Positions 30,633-38,915 are shown, counted from the first letter of the stretch. The stretch: 64,000 bases of DNA from an uncultured Chloroflexia bacterium (GCA_963833225.1 CAWHXD010000008.1:224001-288000); one strand, 5' to 3'. Translations and numbers: made by a program. The notes: generated from the sequence alone by a model not told the origin.

Positions 30633-31057
30633 GTGGCCGCGCCACTCCCAGCATCGTACCGGCTACCGCGGGCGGGGCGGCGAGCGATCGGCAAGCAACT
30701 GGTCCGGGGGCAGCGGTAGACATCGTCCGGGACCGGCCGGTCCTGGCGGGTCAGGCGGCCGTACTCGAGGCGCACGGGCCGGTCCAGTTGCTGCACCTCG
30801 ACCTCCTCATCGGCGGTCTCGAAGGAGAGCCCGCAGGCATTGCAGTGCCGGGCGTTGACGAACGGCCCGAGGCAGCCCCCGATCACCGCTTCCCCGGCGG
30901 CCAGTTCCGCCTCGACTTCGTCACTGAAGAGATGCGGCCCGCACGGGATGCGGGCGACGCTCTCTGAGCCGCAGGCCGGGCAGGGCTCCGTGCGCCCGAG
31001 CGGGGTTGGGCCGACTTGCCTTGGGCGACCGACGCCAGGTCGCGCGCCCGTCTGCAA
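30596..31057 (-). CDS. Small Cys-rich hypothetical protein (CPxCGS...GGC...CxxCG); 3' end probably disrupted
   Basis: Zn-ribbon-like motif set; the reading frame runs on into the tRNA gene. Confidence 0.45.
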   Translation of the reverse strand: MQTGARPGVGRPRQVGPTPLGRTEPCPACGSESVARIPCGPHLFSDEVEAELAAGEAVIGGCLGPFVNARHCNACGLSFETADEEVEVQQLDRPVRLEYGRLTRQDRPVPDDVYRCPRTSCLPIARRPARGSRYDAGSGAATPRWRNRQTRRS

Positions 31058-31139
31058 GGGTCCTATGCTCGGTCCATCGGCTCCTCGGGCTCAGGGTGGG
31101 TACCCTCCGCCCTGACAGGTGACGGTTGGGAGGACTTGA

Positions 31140-31580
31140 ATGGGGATGGGACATCGTCTAGTCGCCCTCGCCATTGCACTGCTGCTGGCAGCGTGCAGCG
31201 GCCAGGGCCCCGCGCAGACAGCCGGCTCCCCCGGCCCGACGGGTTCAGCTTCGCCCTCTGGTCCGGCCACATCCGCAGGCTCGGCTGGTGACCTCGACGC
31301 GGCGATCTCGGGACTCGGACTGCCAACGGCATCGGGGCTAACTATCACCGCTGCAGACGTGCGGACCAACGGCGACTGGTCCGCCATCACGGCAGGACCA
31401 TCGACGAACGATCCGGCCCACCCTGTGGCCCCGTTCACGATGGTGATCGGGCACCGCGTCAACGGAGTTTGGCAACTCGTGAGCGAGCGCGATGGGGCAG
31501 CGTTCTGCGCCGCGCTGGATGCCGCGCCGACCGATCTCGGGACCGCCAGCATGCGTGCCTACTACGGGGGGTGCCAGTAG
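31140..31580 (+). CDS. Lipoprotein of unknown function
   Basis: GGAGG SD, lipobox LAAC, Ser/Pro linker, C-terminal Cys pair. Confidence 0.8.
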   Translation: MGMGHRLVALAIALLLAACSGQGPAQTAGSPGPTGSASPSGPATSAGSAGDLDAAISGLGLPTASGLTITAADVRTNGDWSAITAGPSTNDPAHPVAPFTMVIGHRVNGVWQLVSERDGAAFCAALDAAPTDLGTASMRAYYGGCQ

Positions 31581-32611
31581 TGCGTCGCTCCCAGCTCGCC
31601 CTCGCAGTCGTGGTCGCCCTCGCCGCCCAGCCGCTCATCGCAACTCAGAGCGGGGCTGCCGCACCCTACCTCCTGCCCGTCCCGGCAGGGACGGAGGTGT
31701 TGGTGTTCCAGGGGAACAGCAGCGCCTTCAGCCACACGGCGGGATCCAAGGCCCAATACGCCTGGGACTTCACCGTTGGGGCGACCCAATTCCCGGTCGT
31801 TGCGGCGCGGGCTGGCACGGTCATCGGCATGCGGTCGGACTCGACGGCCTCGTGCGACAACGACAGTTGCTGGACGGAGGCCAACTTCGTCCTCATCGAC
31901 CACGGCGATGACAAGACATCGGCGCTCTACCTCCACCTCAAGACCGGTTCCGTCGTGGTGAAGGTCGGCCAAGCCGTCGCGCAGGGGACGCTCCTCGGGA
32001 ATGCCGACTCAACCGGCTACTCGGAGGGCACGCACCTCCACTTCATGGTCGAGGCCACGCCCACCATCCGGACGGCCCCCGGCTGGTGGTGGAGCCAGTC
32101 CGTCCCGATCACGTTCGCCGACGCGGGACGACCGCTGGAGTGGCAGTCCTACACGTCCCGGAACGCGGCCCAAGTCGCTCCCACACCGACGCCTAGCCCG
32201 ACCCCAGTCCCGCCCACGCTCAAGGTGGTGCAGTCGTGCAGGAAGGAGGCCACGCTGTCCAACCCCCCAGTGATCTGGTCGAGCCCCTTCCTCAAGATCA
32301 GGTACACCGGGGACCTCGGGGTGAGGCGCGGGGGGGCGCTCGTGTTCCCGGCTGCTGGCTCGGGCTATCCTGAGACCTCTCCACGCAATGGCGGCATTGT
32401 GGCCCAGTGGGGTGCGGGGATCCAGGTCTGGAATGGGAAGCTCACCGGCAACCCGCTGAAGACCATCACCCCGGACGCTCACTCAGCGTACTTCGAGATC
32501 TCCGAACGCCGTCCGGGGTCCGAGGCTGGGAAGAAGTACTGGGTGGCATTCGCCCCGGCGTCCCCGCACGACCCGACAGCTGTAGAGATCACGATCCGGA
32601 AGTGCCCCTGA
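31580..32611 (+). CDS. Secreted M23 family metallopeptidase with an extra C-terminal domain
   Basis: Signal peptide; H...WDF, PVVAARAG, YLHL, GYSEGTHLHF; start overlaps the upstream stop. Confidence 0.9.
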   Translation: MRRSQLALAVVVALAAQPLIATQSGAAAPYLLPVPAGTEVLVFQGNSSAFSHTAGSKAQYAWDFTVGATQFPVVAARAGTVIGMRSDSTASCDNDSCWTEANFVLIDHGDDKTSALYLHLKTGSVVVKVGQAVAQGTLLGNADSTGYSEGTHLHFMVEATPTIRTAPGWWWSQSVPITFADAGRPLEWQSYTSRNAAQVAPTPTPSPTPVPPTLKVVQSCRKEATLSNPPVIWSSPFLKIRYTGDLGVRRGGALVFPAAGSGYPETSPRNGGIVAQWGAGIQVWNGKLTGNPLKTITPDAHSAYFEISERRPGSEAGKKYWVAFAPASPHDPTAVEITIRKCP

Positions 32612-32619
32612 TATACCGC

Positions 32620-32815
32620 CTTGTGGGTCGATCATGACATCGACCTCCACGGGGAGACCGGTGCGGCCCTATCCGGCAGATGACCGTTGTCGCTAGTGTC
32701 CGGCCCCCGACCTTCGGCCGTGAACGGTGATCGGGATCCTGCGGCAGTTGACCGGTGATCGGACCCGTCAGGTGACGTCGGCCGGGGCGTCCGGGACCCC
32801 CTTGAGGTCCGCCGA
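32620..32815 (+). ncRNA. Predicted IS110 bridge RNA
   Basis: 5' hairpin followed by two stem-enclosed loops with segments matching the reconstructed target and donor sites (see findings). Confidence 0.75.
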
Positions 32816-32830
32816 AGGAGGCTGGCCAGG

Positions 32831-34021
32831 ATGACGACGATCGGGATCGACATCGGGGGACGGACGCACGTCGCAGCCCGCTGCCGGGACGGCGAGTCCC
32901 GGGCCGACCGGGAGATCCTCCGGGTCAGCCAGGACCGAGCGGGCTTCACTGCCCTCGACACCTGGCTCGAGCAGCAGCCGGAACCCGTGACGCTCGTGAC
33001 GATGGAGTCGTCGGGCCACTACTGGATGCCGCTGGCCAGTCACCTGCGGCGGCGCGATGTCCCGGTCGCGGTGGTCAACCCGCTCGCGGCGAAGTACTTT
33101 GCGAGGAGCCGCCTGGGCCGCACGAAGTCCGACCCGGCCGACGCCCGGAGCCTTGCCGAGATGGCCATGCGCGACACGCCCGACACCCGCGATCCGCTCG
33201 CCGGCGCCGAGCTGCGCCAGGCGGCCCGCTTCGCGATGACCCTGGTGACCGAGCAGGCCAGGGTCTGCCAGCGCCTCATCCGCCTCGTCGAGCTCGGCTT
33301 CCCGGAGCTCGGCGAGCTGTTCGACGACCCGACCTGCCGAACGGCCCGGGAGGTGCTGCGCATCGCGCCGACGGCACGCGCTGCCACCCGTCGCCGGACG
33401 TCGACCCTGGCCAACGCCAATGCCGGTCCGGGTCACCGACGCCTCGGGACGGCGAAGGCGGAGTGGCTCCAGGCGGCTGCGGCCGACTCGATCGCGGTGC
33501 CCGGGCTTGACGCCGAGATCGCCTTCGAGGTCGACCTCCTGCTCGACCAGTACGACCTGCTCGAACGCCAGATCGGCGACGCCGACCGGCGGGTCGCGGG
33601 ACTCCTCGACGGCGAGACGGCCAGCCGGCTCCAGACCATCCCGGGTGTCGGGCCCTCGATCGCCGCCACCCTGCTCGCTGAGATCGGCGACATCGGGCGC
33701 TTCACCGACTTCGACGAGCTCCTCGCCTATGCCGGCGTCCACCCGGCCGAGCGGAGCTCGGGCCGCAAGGGGGCGAACCCCGAGACCTCCTGGCACATGA
33801 GCAAGGCCGGCAACGCCAACCTCCGGGCAGCGGCGTACCGGATGGCGGTCGTCGGGGTCCAGCACAACCCGGTCATCGCTGCCCACTACGCCCGGAAGCG
33901 GGCCGCCGGCAAGAGCAAGATGAACGCGCTCGGCCACTGCATGCGCAAGGCTCTGAGCATCGTCTGGGGCGTCTGGCGCAACGGAGCGGACTTCGACCCG
34001 GACTGGGGGGCCGAGGCTTGA
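32831..34021 (+). CDS. IS110 family DEDD recombinase/transposase
   Basis: GIDIG, MESSGHYW, KSDPAD, TIPGVG, YAGVHP..RSSG, SKAGN; AAGGAGG SD. Confidence 0.97.
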   Translation: MTTIGIDIGGRTHVAARCRDGESRADREILRVSQDRAGFTALDTWLEQQPEPVTLVTMESSGHYWMPLASHLRRRDVPVAVVNPLAAKYFARSRLGRTKSDPADARSLAEMAMRDTPDTRDPLAGAELRQAARFAMTLVTEQARVCQRLIRLVELGFPELGELFDDPTCRTAREVLRIAPTARAATRRRTSTLANANAGPGHRRLGTAKAEWLQAAAADSIAVPGLDAEIAFEVDLLLDQYDLLERQIGDADRRVAGLLDGETASRLQTIPGVGPSIAATLLAEIGDIGRFTDFDELLAYAGVHPAERSSGRKGANPETSWHMSKAGNANLRAAAYRMAVVGVQHNPVIAAHYARKRAAGKSKMNALGHCMRKALSIVWGVWRNGADFDPDWGAEA

Positions 34022-34175
34022 CAAGACCCTATGGGATCTAGCGTCTCACGCAAGATCGCCGAGCCGATCATCTGGCGAGCCCCACGGCGGATAGGCTGAC
34101 CAGCGGTCGCATTCGCGCGTTGCGACGATCACGACCGATGAATGCGTGCAGCGGGTCCCCAGATTGGGGGTCCCT

Positions 34176-34250
34176 GCAGCCTCTTGGAGCACCTCTTTGG
34201 CGACGTCATGGAAAGCAGGGTTGCCTATCTGCGCGTACACACGGTCCACC
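34176..34250 (-). pseudogene. Remnant of a third paralog of the adjacent lipoproteins
   Basis: VYAQIGNPAFHDVAKEVLQEA aligns by eye with VYTQTGEQAFYDLAKAVYAQA. Confidence 0.55.
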
Positions 34251-34349
34251 CGTCGGCTGCACCAGGCCCTTCGCGGTGCAGGGCCCGTTGGCCACACCAG
34301 CGGCCGAGTCGGCTCGAACGCGTTGCGTGGTCCTCGCATGCGGGATCGG

Positions 34350-34934
34350 CTACGGATAGTTCCATCCTCCACTCAGCAGGTTTTCCCTCAGGACCTTCAC
34401 CTGGTAGTCGGACAGAGTCGCCGACGCCTGGGCGTACACCGCTTTCGCCAGGTCGTAGAAGGCTTGTTCACCGGTCTGCGTGTAGACGTAGTAGAGCCTG
34501 CCCAGCAACAGCTCGCAGGTCGCTTCGCGGCCCTTTCCTTCGATACTGAGGTTGTGACATTCCCCCCACGCCCCAAGGTATTCCGCCTCCGTGTACAGGT
34601 CGTCGGTGGAACCAGGCGTGCTCCCGAGGGCCCCCTTGAGGGTCTTCGCCACCTTCGTCGCGTTCGGCTTCGGGGCGACTGGGGGTTCGAAGACGCTGGA
34701 GATCGGCAGCAATGACGGCGCCGACGTTGGTGTCGGGGCGGGCTCCGGCGAGGATGTCGGGGTGGGCGTGTCGACCGGTGTCGGCGTGACGGTTGGCGCA
34801 TTGGGCGTGACCGGCGGCTGCGTGGCCGCCTGACTCCCTGCGACATCCGGCGCTGCACTGCCTCCGCACGCGGCGACCATCAAAGCGAGGAGCGTGGCCA
34901 CGACCGTGCCCTTGACTGCCCTGCCCTGCTGCAT
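34350..34934 (-). CDS. Lipoprotein, paralog A
   Basis: Lipobox VAAC, Pro/Thr linker, helical C-terminal domain with two Cys. Confidence 0.85.
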   Translation of the reverse strand: MQQGRAVKGTVVATLLALMVAACGGSAAPDVAGSQAATQPPVTPNAPTVTPTPVDTPTPTSSPEPAPTPTSAPSLLPISSVFEPPVAPKPNATKVAKTLKGALGSTPGSTDDLYTEAEYLGAWGECHNLSIEGKGREATCELLLGRLYYVYTQTGEQAFYDLAKAVYAQASATLSDYQVKVLRENLLSGGWNYP

Positions 34935-35020
34935 CCTTCCCTCCCATCGACTGGACGGTGATCCGGATCATCCGAGGTCCACGAGCATGATGCCCTCCGG
35001 CCTTGGCCGCTGCATTGCCC
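34725..35020. repeat. 296-bp direct repeat, copy 1 (copy 2 at 35702-35997)
   Basis: Identical by eye; constant offset of 977 bp. Confidence 0.92.
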
Positions 35021-35332
35021 CTGACGTCGGACGGTGGTCGATCCCTGCCCGCACCGCTCCTGCTGCGATACGTCAGTTCAGGCGACGGTGATGGCTGATA
35101 GAGAGTGGCGCCCGGCGAAGAGCGAGGTCCAGATCACCCAATCGAGCCGTTCGCGGACTGCGACGAGGAAGCGAGGCGTGCCTGGCCGTGCCGCCATGCC
35201 GCTCGCTGAAGGATCTGCCGGCCCTACCAGCGGCCAAGTCGCCTCGAACGCGCGGTGAGACACAGGGTTCGAGGTGTCAGGCTGCGCCCGCGGCAAGTAC
35301 GTGGTGTCCTAGCAAACACGGCCAGATTGACC

Positions 35333-35911
35333 CTAGTGGCTGAGGCCGTCCCTGATCCCCGCGACATAGGGCTTCGGCAGCGTCGCGTTCGCGTACGCAT
35401 AGACCATCCCGGCCAGGTTGTAGAACTCGAGGTCTTTGAACGTCGAGTAGTTGTCCCAAGTCCTGCGAATCAGCGCTTCGCAGTAGAGCGCCTTGTTGGT
35501 ATCGGGGTCGCCCTTCAGAGTCGGATCTCCGCTCTGGCAGTGCTTCCACGTGTCCAGGTACGTCTGGAGGACCCACTTGCTCTCGCCGCTGGTGTCAGTA
35601 GCACCCGGGTACTGCGCCAGAACCGACTTGATTGCCGAGCGGACCTTGGAAGCGGAAGGCTTCGCCATCGAGGCCTTGAAGAGGCTCGCTATCGGAAGCA
35701 GCGTTGGTGTCGGGGCGGGCTCCGGCGAGGATGTCGGGGTGGGCGTGTCGACCGGTGTCGGCGTGACGGTTGGCGCATTGGGCGTGACCGGCGGCTGCGT
35801 GGCCGCCTGACTCCCTGCGACATCCGGCGCTGCACTGCCTCCGCACGCGGCGACCATCAAAGCGAGGAGCGTGGCCACGACCGTGCCCTTGACTGCCCTG
35901 CCCTGCTGCAT
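35333..35911 (-). CDS. Lipoprotein, paralog B
   Basis: First ~70 aa identical to paralog A; C-terminal domain diverged. Confidence 0.85.
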   Translation of the reverse strand: MQQGRAVKGTVVATLLALMVAACGGSAAPDVAGSQAATQPPVTPNAPTVTPTPVDTPTPTSSPEPAPTPTLLPIASLFKASMAKPSASKVRSAIKSVLAQYPGATDTSGESKWVLQTYLDTWKHCQSGDPTLKGDPDTNKALYCEALIRRTWDNYSTFKDLEFYNLAGMVYAYANATLPKPYVAGIRDGLSH

Positions 35912-35997
35912 CCTTCCCTCCCATCGACTGGACGGTGATCCGGATCATCCGAGGTCCACGAGCATGATGCCCTCCGGCCTTGGCCGCTGCATTGCCC
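35702..35997. repeat. 296-bp direct repeat, copy 2
   Basis: Identical to 34725-35020. Confidence 0.92.
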
Positions 35998-36287
35998 GCC
36001 GGCACCGATTCGTCGAAATCCGCGTCGCTGCCGAGGCTCTCCGGTACGCTGGCCGGCAGCCGCCGCGTCGCAGCACTCGGGCAGACGCCTTATCTCCGCG
36101 CGGTCTTGAGTACATCCGCTGCTCATCTGCCTGGACTCCGTCCGCGGGCTCTGGCAGCCGCGGGGCGAGCATCCACATGAGCGCGCGGTGGTAGGTCACC
36201 ACGAGCACGACCACAGGCTTGGGAATGGAGGCGTCGAGCCCCTGGCACCGCCCAGCTCGAACTCCCGACCAAACTCCCGACCAAACG

Positions 36288-36314
36288 AAAGCCCGCTGGT
36301 CACCCAGCGGGCCT
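36288..36314 (-). terminator. Probable terminator of the tRNA cluster
   Basis: GCCCGCTGG-gtga-CCAGCGGGC hairpin followed by TTTCGTTT on the minus strand. Confidence 0.65.
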
Positions 36315-36330
36315 GTTCGTCCTCAGAAAG

Positions 36331-36407
36331 TGGAGGCGACGATCGGATTCGAACCGATGAATAGAGGTTTTGCAGACCTCCGTGTTGAGCCACTTCACCA
36401 CGTCGCC
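36331..36407 (-). tRNA. tRNA-Cys(GCA)
   Basis: Anticodon arm GAGGT-CTGCAAA-ACCTC, T-arm, CCA. Confidence 0.95.
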
Positions 36408-36448
36408 CCGTGGTACCGGTCCATTCGCGGGCCGGCCGGATTCAGTTT

Positions 36449-36522
36449 TGGCTGCCCCTCGAGGATTCGAACCTCGGCTAACGGATCCAAAGTCCGCTGT
36501 CCTACCGCTAGACGAAGGGGCA
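36449..36522 (-). tRNA. tRNA-Gln(UUG)
   Basis: GCGGA-CTTTGGA-TCCGT, GGTTCGAATCC, CCA. Confidence 0.95.
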
Positions 36523-36556
36523 GCGGTGCCGGGCTATGTCGAGGATACAGGGGGAG

Positions 36557-36632
36557 TGGAGCGGAAGACGGGACTCGAACCCGCGACCCTCACCTTGGCA
36601 AGGTGATGCTCTACCAACTGAGCCACTTCCGC
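36557..36632 (-). tRNA. tRNA-Gly(GCC)
   Basis: TCACC-TTGCCAA-GGTGA, CCA. Confidence 0.96.
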
Positions 36633-36651
36633 TCGATGACCGACCAGGTGA

Positions 36652-36727
36652 TGGTGCCGAGAGCCAGATTCGAACTGGCGACACCGCGATTTTCAGTCGC
36701 GTGCTCTACCAACTGAGCTATCTCGGC
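36652..36727 (-). tRNA. tRNA-Phe(GAA)
   Basis: CGCGA-CTGAAAA-TCGCG, CCA. Confidence 0.96.
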
Positions 36728-36814
36728 CCGGTCCCGGACCCCCACGGGAGCCCGTCGGCGCGCCGGAGAATAGCACGGGACGCGAAGGGCCAGCAACCAG
36801 CCGGGAACGGCATT

Positions 36815-37833
36815 TCAGCGTGGCCCGGCGGCCCCGGTGCGGACGTACGCAGCCTGGGCTGACGGGTCGAGGACAAGCCGGGCGTCGGGTACCGGGGGCT
36901 GGCCGGTGAGCTGCCGGAGGCGGTTGATCCGCTCGAGGGCCGGTGGATGGGTCGAGAACAGGCCGCGCTTGGATCCCGTCGCCGCCTTGACCGGATTGTC
37001 GAAGTAGAGGTGCTGCGTGGCGCGGTTCGCGACCTCGAGCGGCTCGGTGTCGAGGGTGATCTTGGCGAGCGCTCGCTCCAGCCCGACCGGGTTGCGCGTG
37101 AGCTCCACGCCGGAGGCGTCGGCGAGGTATTCGCGCTGCCGGCTCACCGCCAGCTGGACCAGGCGCGCGGCAATGGGGGCGAGGATCGCGAGCACGATCG
37201 CCACCACCATGATCACCACCTGGATGCCCCCTCCCCCTCGGAGGAGCCACGGCTCCTCCCCCGCCTCCCCATGCCGCCCCAGAAGGTGAAGCGCAGGAAG
37301 AAGTCGGCAAGCAGGGCGATGGATCCGACCAGCACCCCGACCATCAGCGAGAAGCGGATGTCGAAGTTGCGCACGTGGCTCAGCTCGTGGGCCATGACGC
37401 CCTGGAGCTCCTCCCGGTCGAGCTTCTGGAGGAGGCCGGTCGTGATCGCCACGGACGCGTGGGCCGGGTCGCGCCCGGTCGCAAACGCGTTGGGGGCCGA
37501 GTCGTTGATCAGGTAGACCCTGGGCATGGGCAGGCTTGCCGCGATGGCGAGCTCCTGGACCACGTTGAGGAGCTGCGGCAGGTCCGGGGGCTTGACCTCG
37601 CGCGCCCCGGACGTCGCGAGGACGAGGGAATCGCCCAGGTAGTAGGAGACGAGCGATGCCAGCAGCCCCACGCCGATCGCGATCAGGGTCGACGGCACCG
37701 CGGCCTTTGGATCTCCCGTCACCCCCCACCCGATGAACAGGCCCAGGAGGCCGAGCAGGATCACCACGGCCAGGGCGAGCACAACGGAGTTCCGCTTGTT
37801 CGCCCCGATCTGGCCGTAGAAGGTCGTTGCCAT
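36815..37833 (-). CDS. htpX: M48 zinc metalloprotease HtpX (apparent frameshift ~37230-37280)
   Basis: PNAFATG, AHELSH; SRQREYLAD and STHPP in a second frame. Confidence 0.92.
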
Positions 37834-37866
37834 GGTGGTTCTGCGCGGCGTCGGCTGCGCTGCGAC

Positions 37867-38430
37867 CTAGTTCAGCGACAGGTCCACGTTGGGGACGTTG
37901 GCGGCCTCGGGCTCAGCGTCGAAGAACTCGCGCTTGGCGAAGCCCATCGGCCCCGCGATCAGCACGCTGGGGATGGTCTGGATCGTGTTGTTGTAGTCCA
38001 GGACCGTGGCGTTGTAGTGCTGGCGCGAGAAGCTGATCTGGTTCTCCGTGGTGGTGAGCTCCTCCTGGAGCTGCATCACGTTCTGGTTGGCCTTGAGGTC
38101 CGGGTAGTTCTCGACCACCGCGAACAGGCTCCGCAGCGCGCCGGTCAGCTGGTTCTCGGCCTGGGCCTGCTGGACGGGACCCTGGGCGCCGGCGGCGACG
38201 GCAGAGGCGCGTGCCTCGGTCACCCGGGTCAGCACATCCTGCTCGAACCCCATGTAGCCCTTCACGGCCTGGACCAGGTTCGGGATGAGGTCGTGCCGGC
38301 GCTTGAGCTGGACCTCGATCTGCGCAAACGCCTCGTCGATGCGGTTGCGGCGGGTCACGAGACCGTTGTAGATCCCGACGAGGACGAGGACGATGACGAC
38401 GACAATCGCCAGGATGACGATGAGTTCCAA
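37867..38430 (-). CDS. lemA: LemA family protein
   Basis: YNGLV, QLKRRHDLIPNLV, ENYPDLKA; TTG start after GGAGG. Confidence 0.95.
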   Translation of the reverse strand: MELIVILAIVVVIVLVLVGIYNGLVTRRNRIDEAFAQIEVQLKRRHDLIPNLVQAVKGYMGFEQDVLTRVTEARASAVAAGAQGPVQQAQAENQLTGALRSLFAVVENYPDLKANQNVMQLQEELTTTENQISFSRQHYNATVLDYNNTIQTIPSVLIAGPMGFAKREFFDAEPEAANVPNVDLSLN

Positions 38431-38566
38431 CTGGGCCTCCTGGTTGTGGACGGGGGCTCGAAGTCCCTTGGGGATCAGCATACCGCGCTCCGGGGAGGAG
38501 GTCGGGTCCCGCGGGTGTTGACGGGCCGGGCGCGACGGACGACGGGCCCGGTTCCATCGGTCCAGT

Positions 38567-38694
38567 CGGCCAAATTCATGTGGAGTGCGCGTTATCGCCT
38601 GCCGAGCGCGTCCGACCCGGCCAGATTCATGTGGGGTGCGCGTTATCGCCTGCCGAGCGCGTCCGACCCGGCCAATTCATGTGGGGTGCGCGTT
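38567..38694. repeat. 51-bp tandem repeat, ~2.5 copies
   Basis: Units start at 38567, 38618 and 38669. Confidence 0.9.
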
Positions 38695-38852
38695 GGGCCA
38701 GATACAACTGGCCAGTGCTCCCGGGCAGACTGGCCGGCTCCCCGCGCGCATCGAGCACGGGGGCGGCTCGACGCGAGGTGGACTCGGCGACCACGGAGGC
38801 CAGGAAGACGGTCGATGCGCAACTCATCGGATTCTGGCAACGTGCGCCTGCG

Positions 38853-38915
38853 CGAGAAGAACCAGGGCCGCGCGGGCAGGGCAGCACGAGAAGGACCAGG
38901 GCCGCGCGGGCAAGG
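38853..38915. repeat. ~27-bp direct repeat, two copies 34 bp apart
   Basis: CGAGAAG(A/G)ACCAGGGCCGCGCGGGCA at 38853 and 38887. Confidence 0.8.

Larger units (their letters stand above)
32608..34039 (+). mobile_element. IS110-family insertion sequence, apparently complete
   Basis: CT dinucleotide at both ends (32608-9 and 34038-9), no terminal inverted repeats, ~220-bp left non-coding end, very short right end containing TTGACA. Confidence 0.85.

Noticed and set aside
34350-35997. Diversity-generating retroelement template/variable repeat pair
   Set aside because: The repeats are identical rather than differing at adenines, lie at the 5' end of the genes, and no reverse transcriptase is present.
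36226-36233. att duplication of the tRNA-Cys 3' end (TGGAGGCG)
   Set aside because: Only 8 bp and ~100 bp from the tRNA; compatible with chance.
38567-38694. CRISPR array
   Set aside because: The intervening segments are identical, so this is a tandem repeat; no cas genes in the window.
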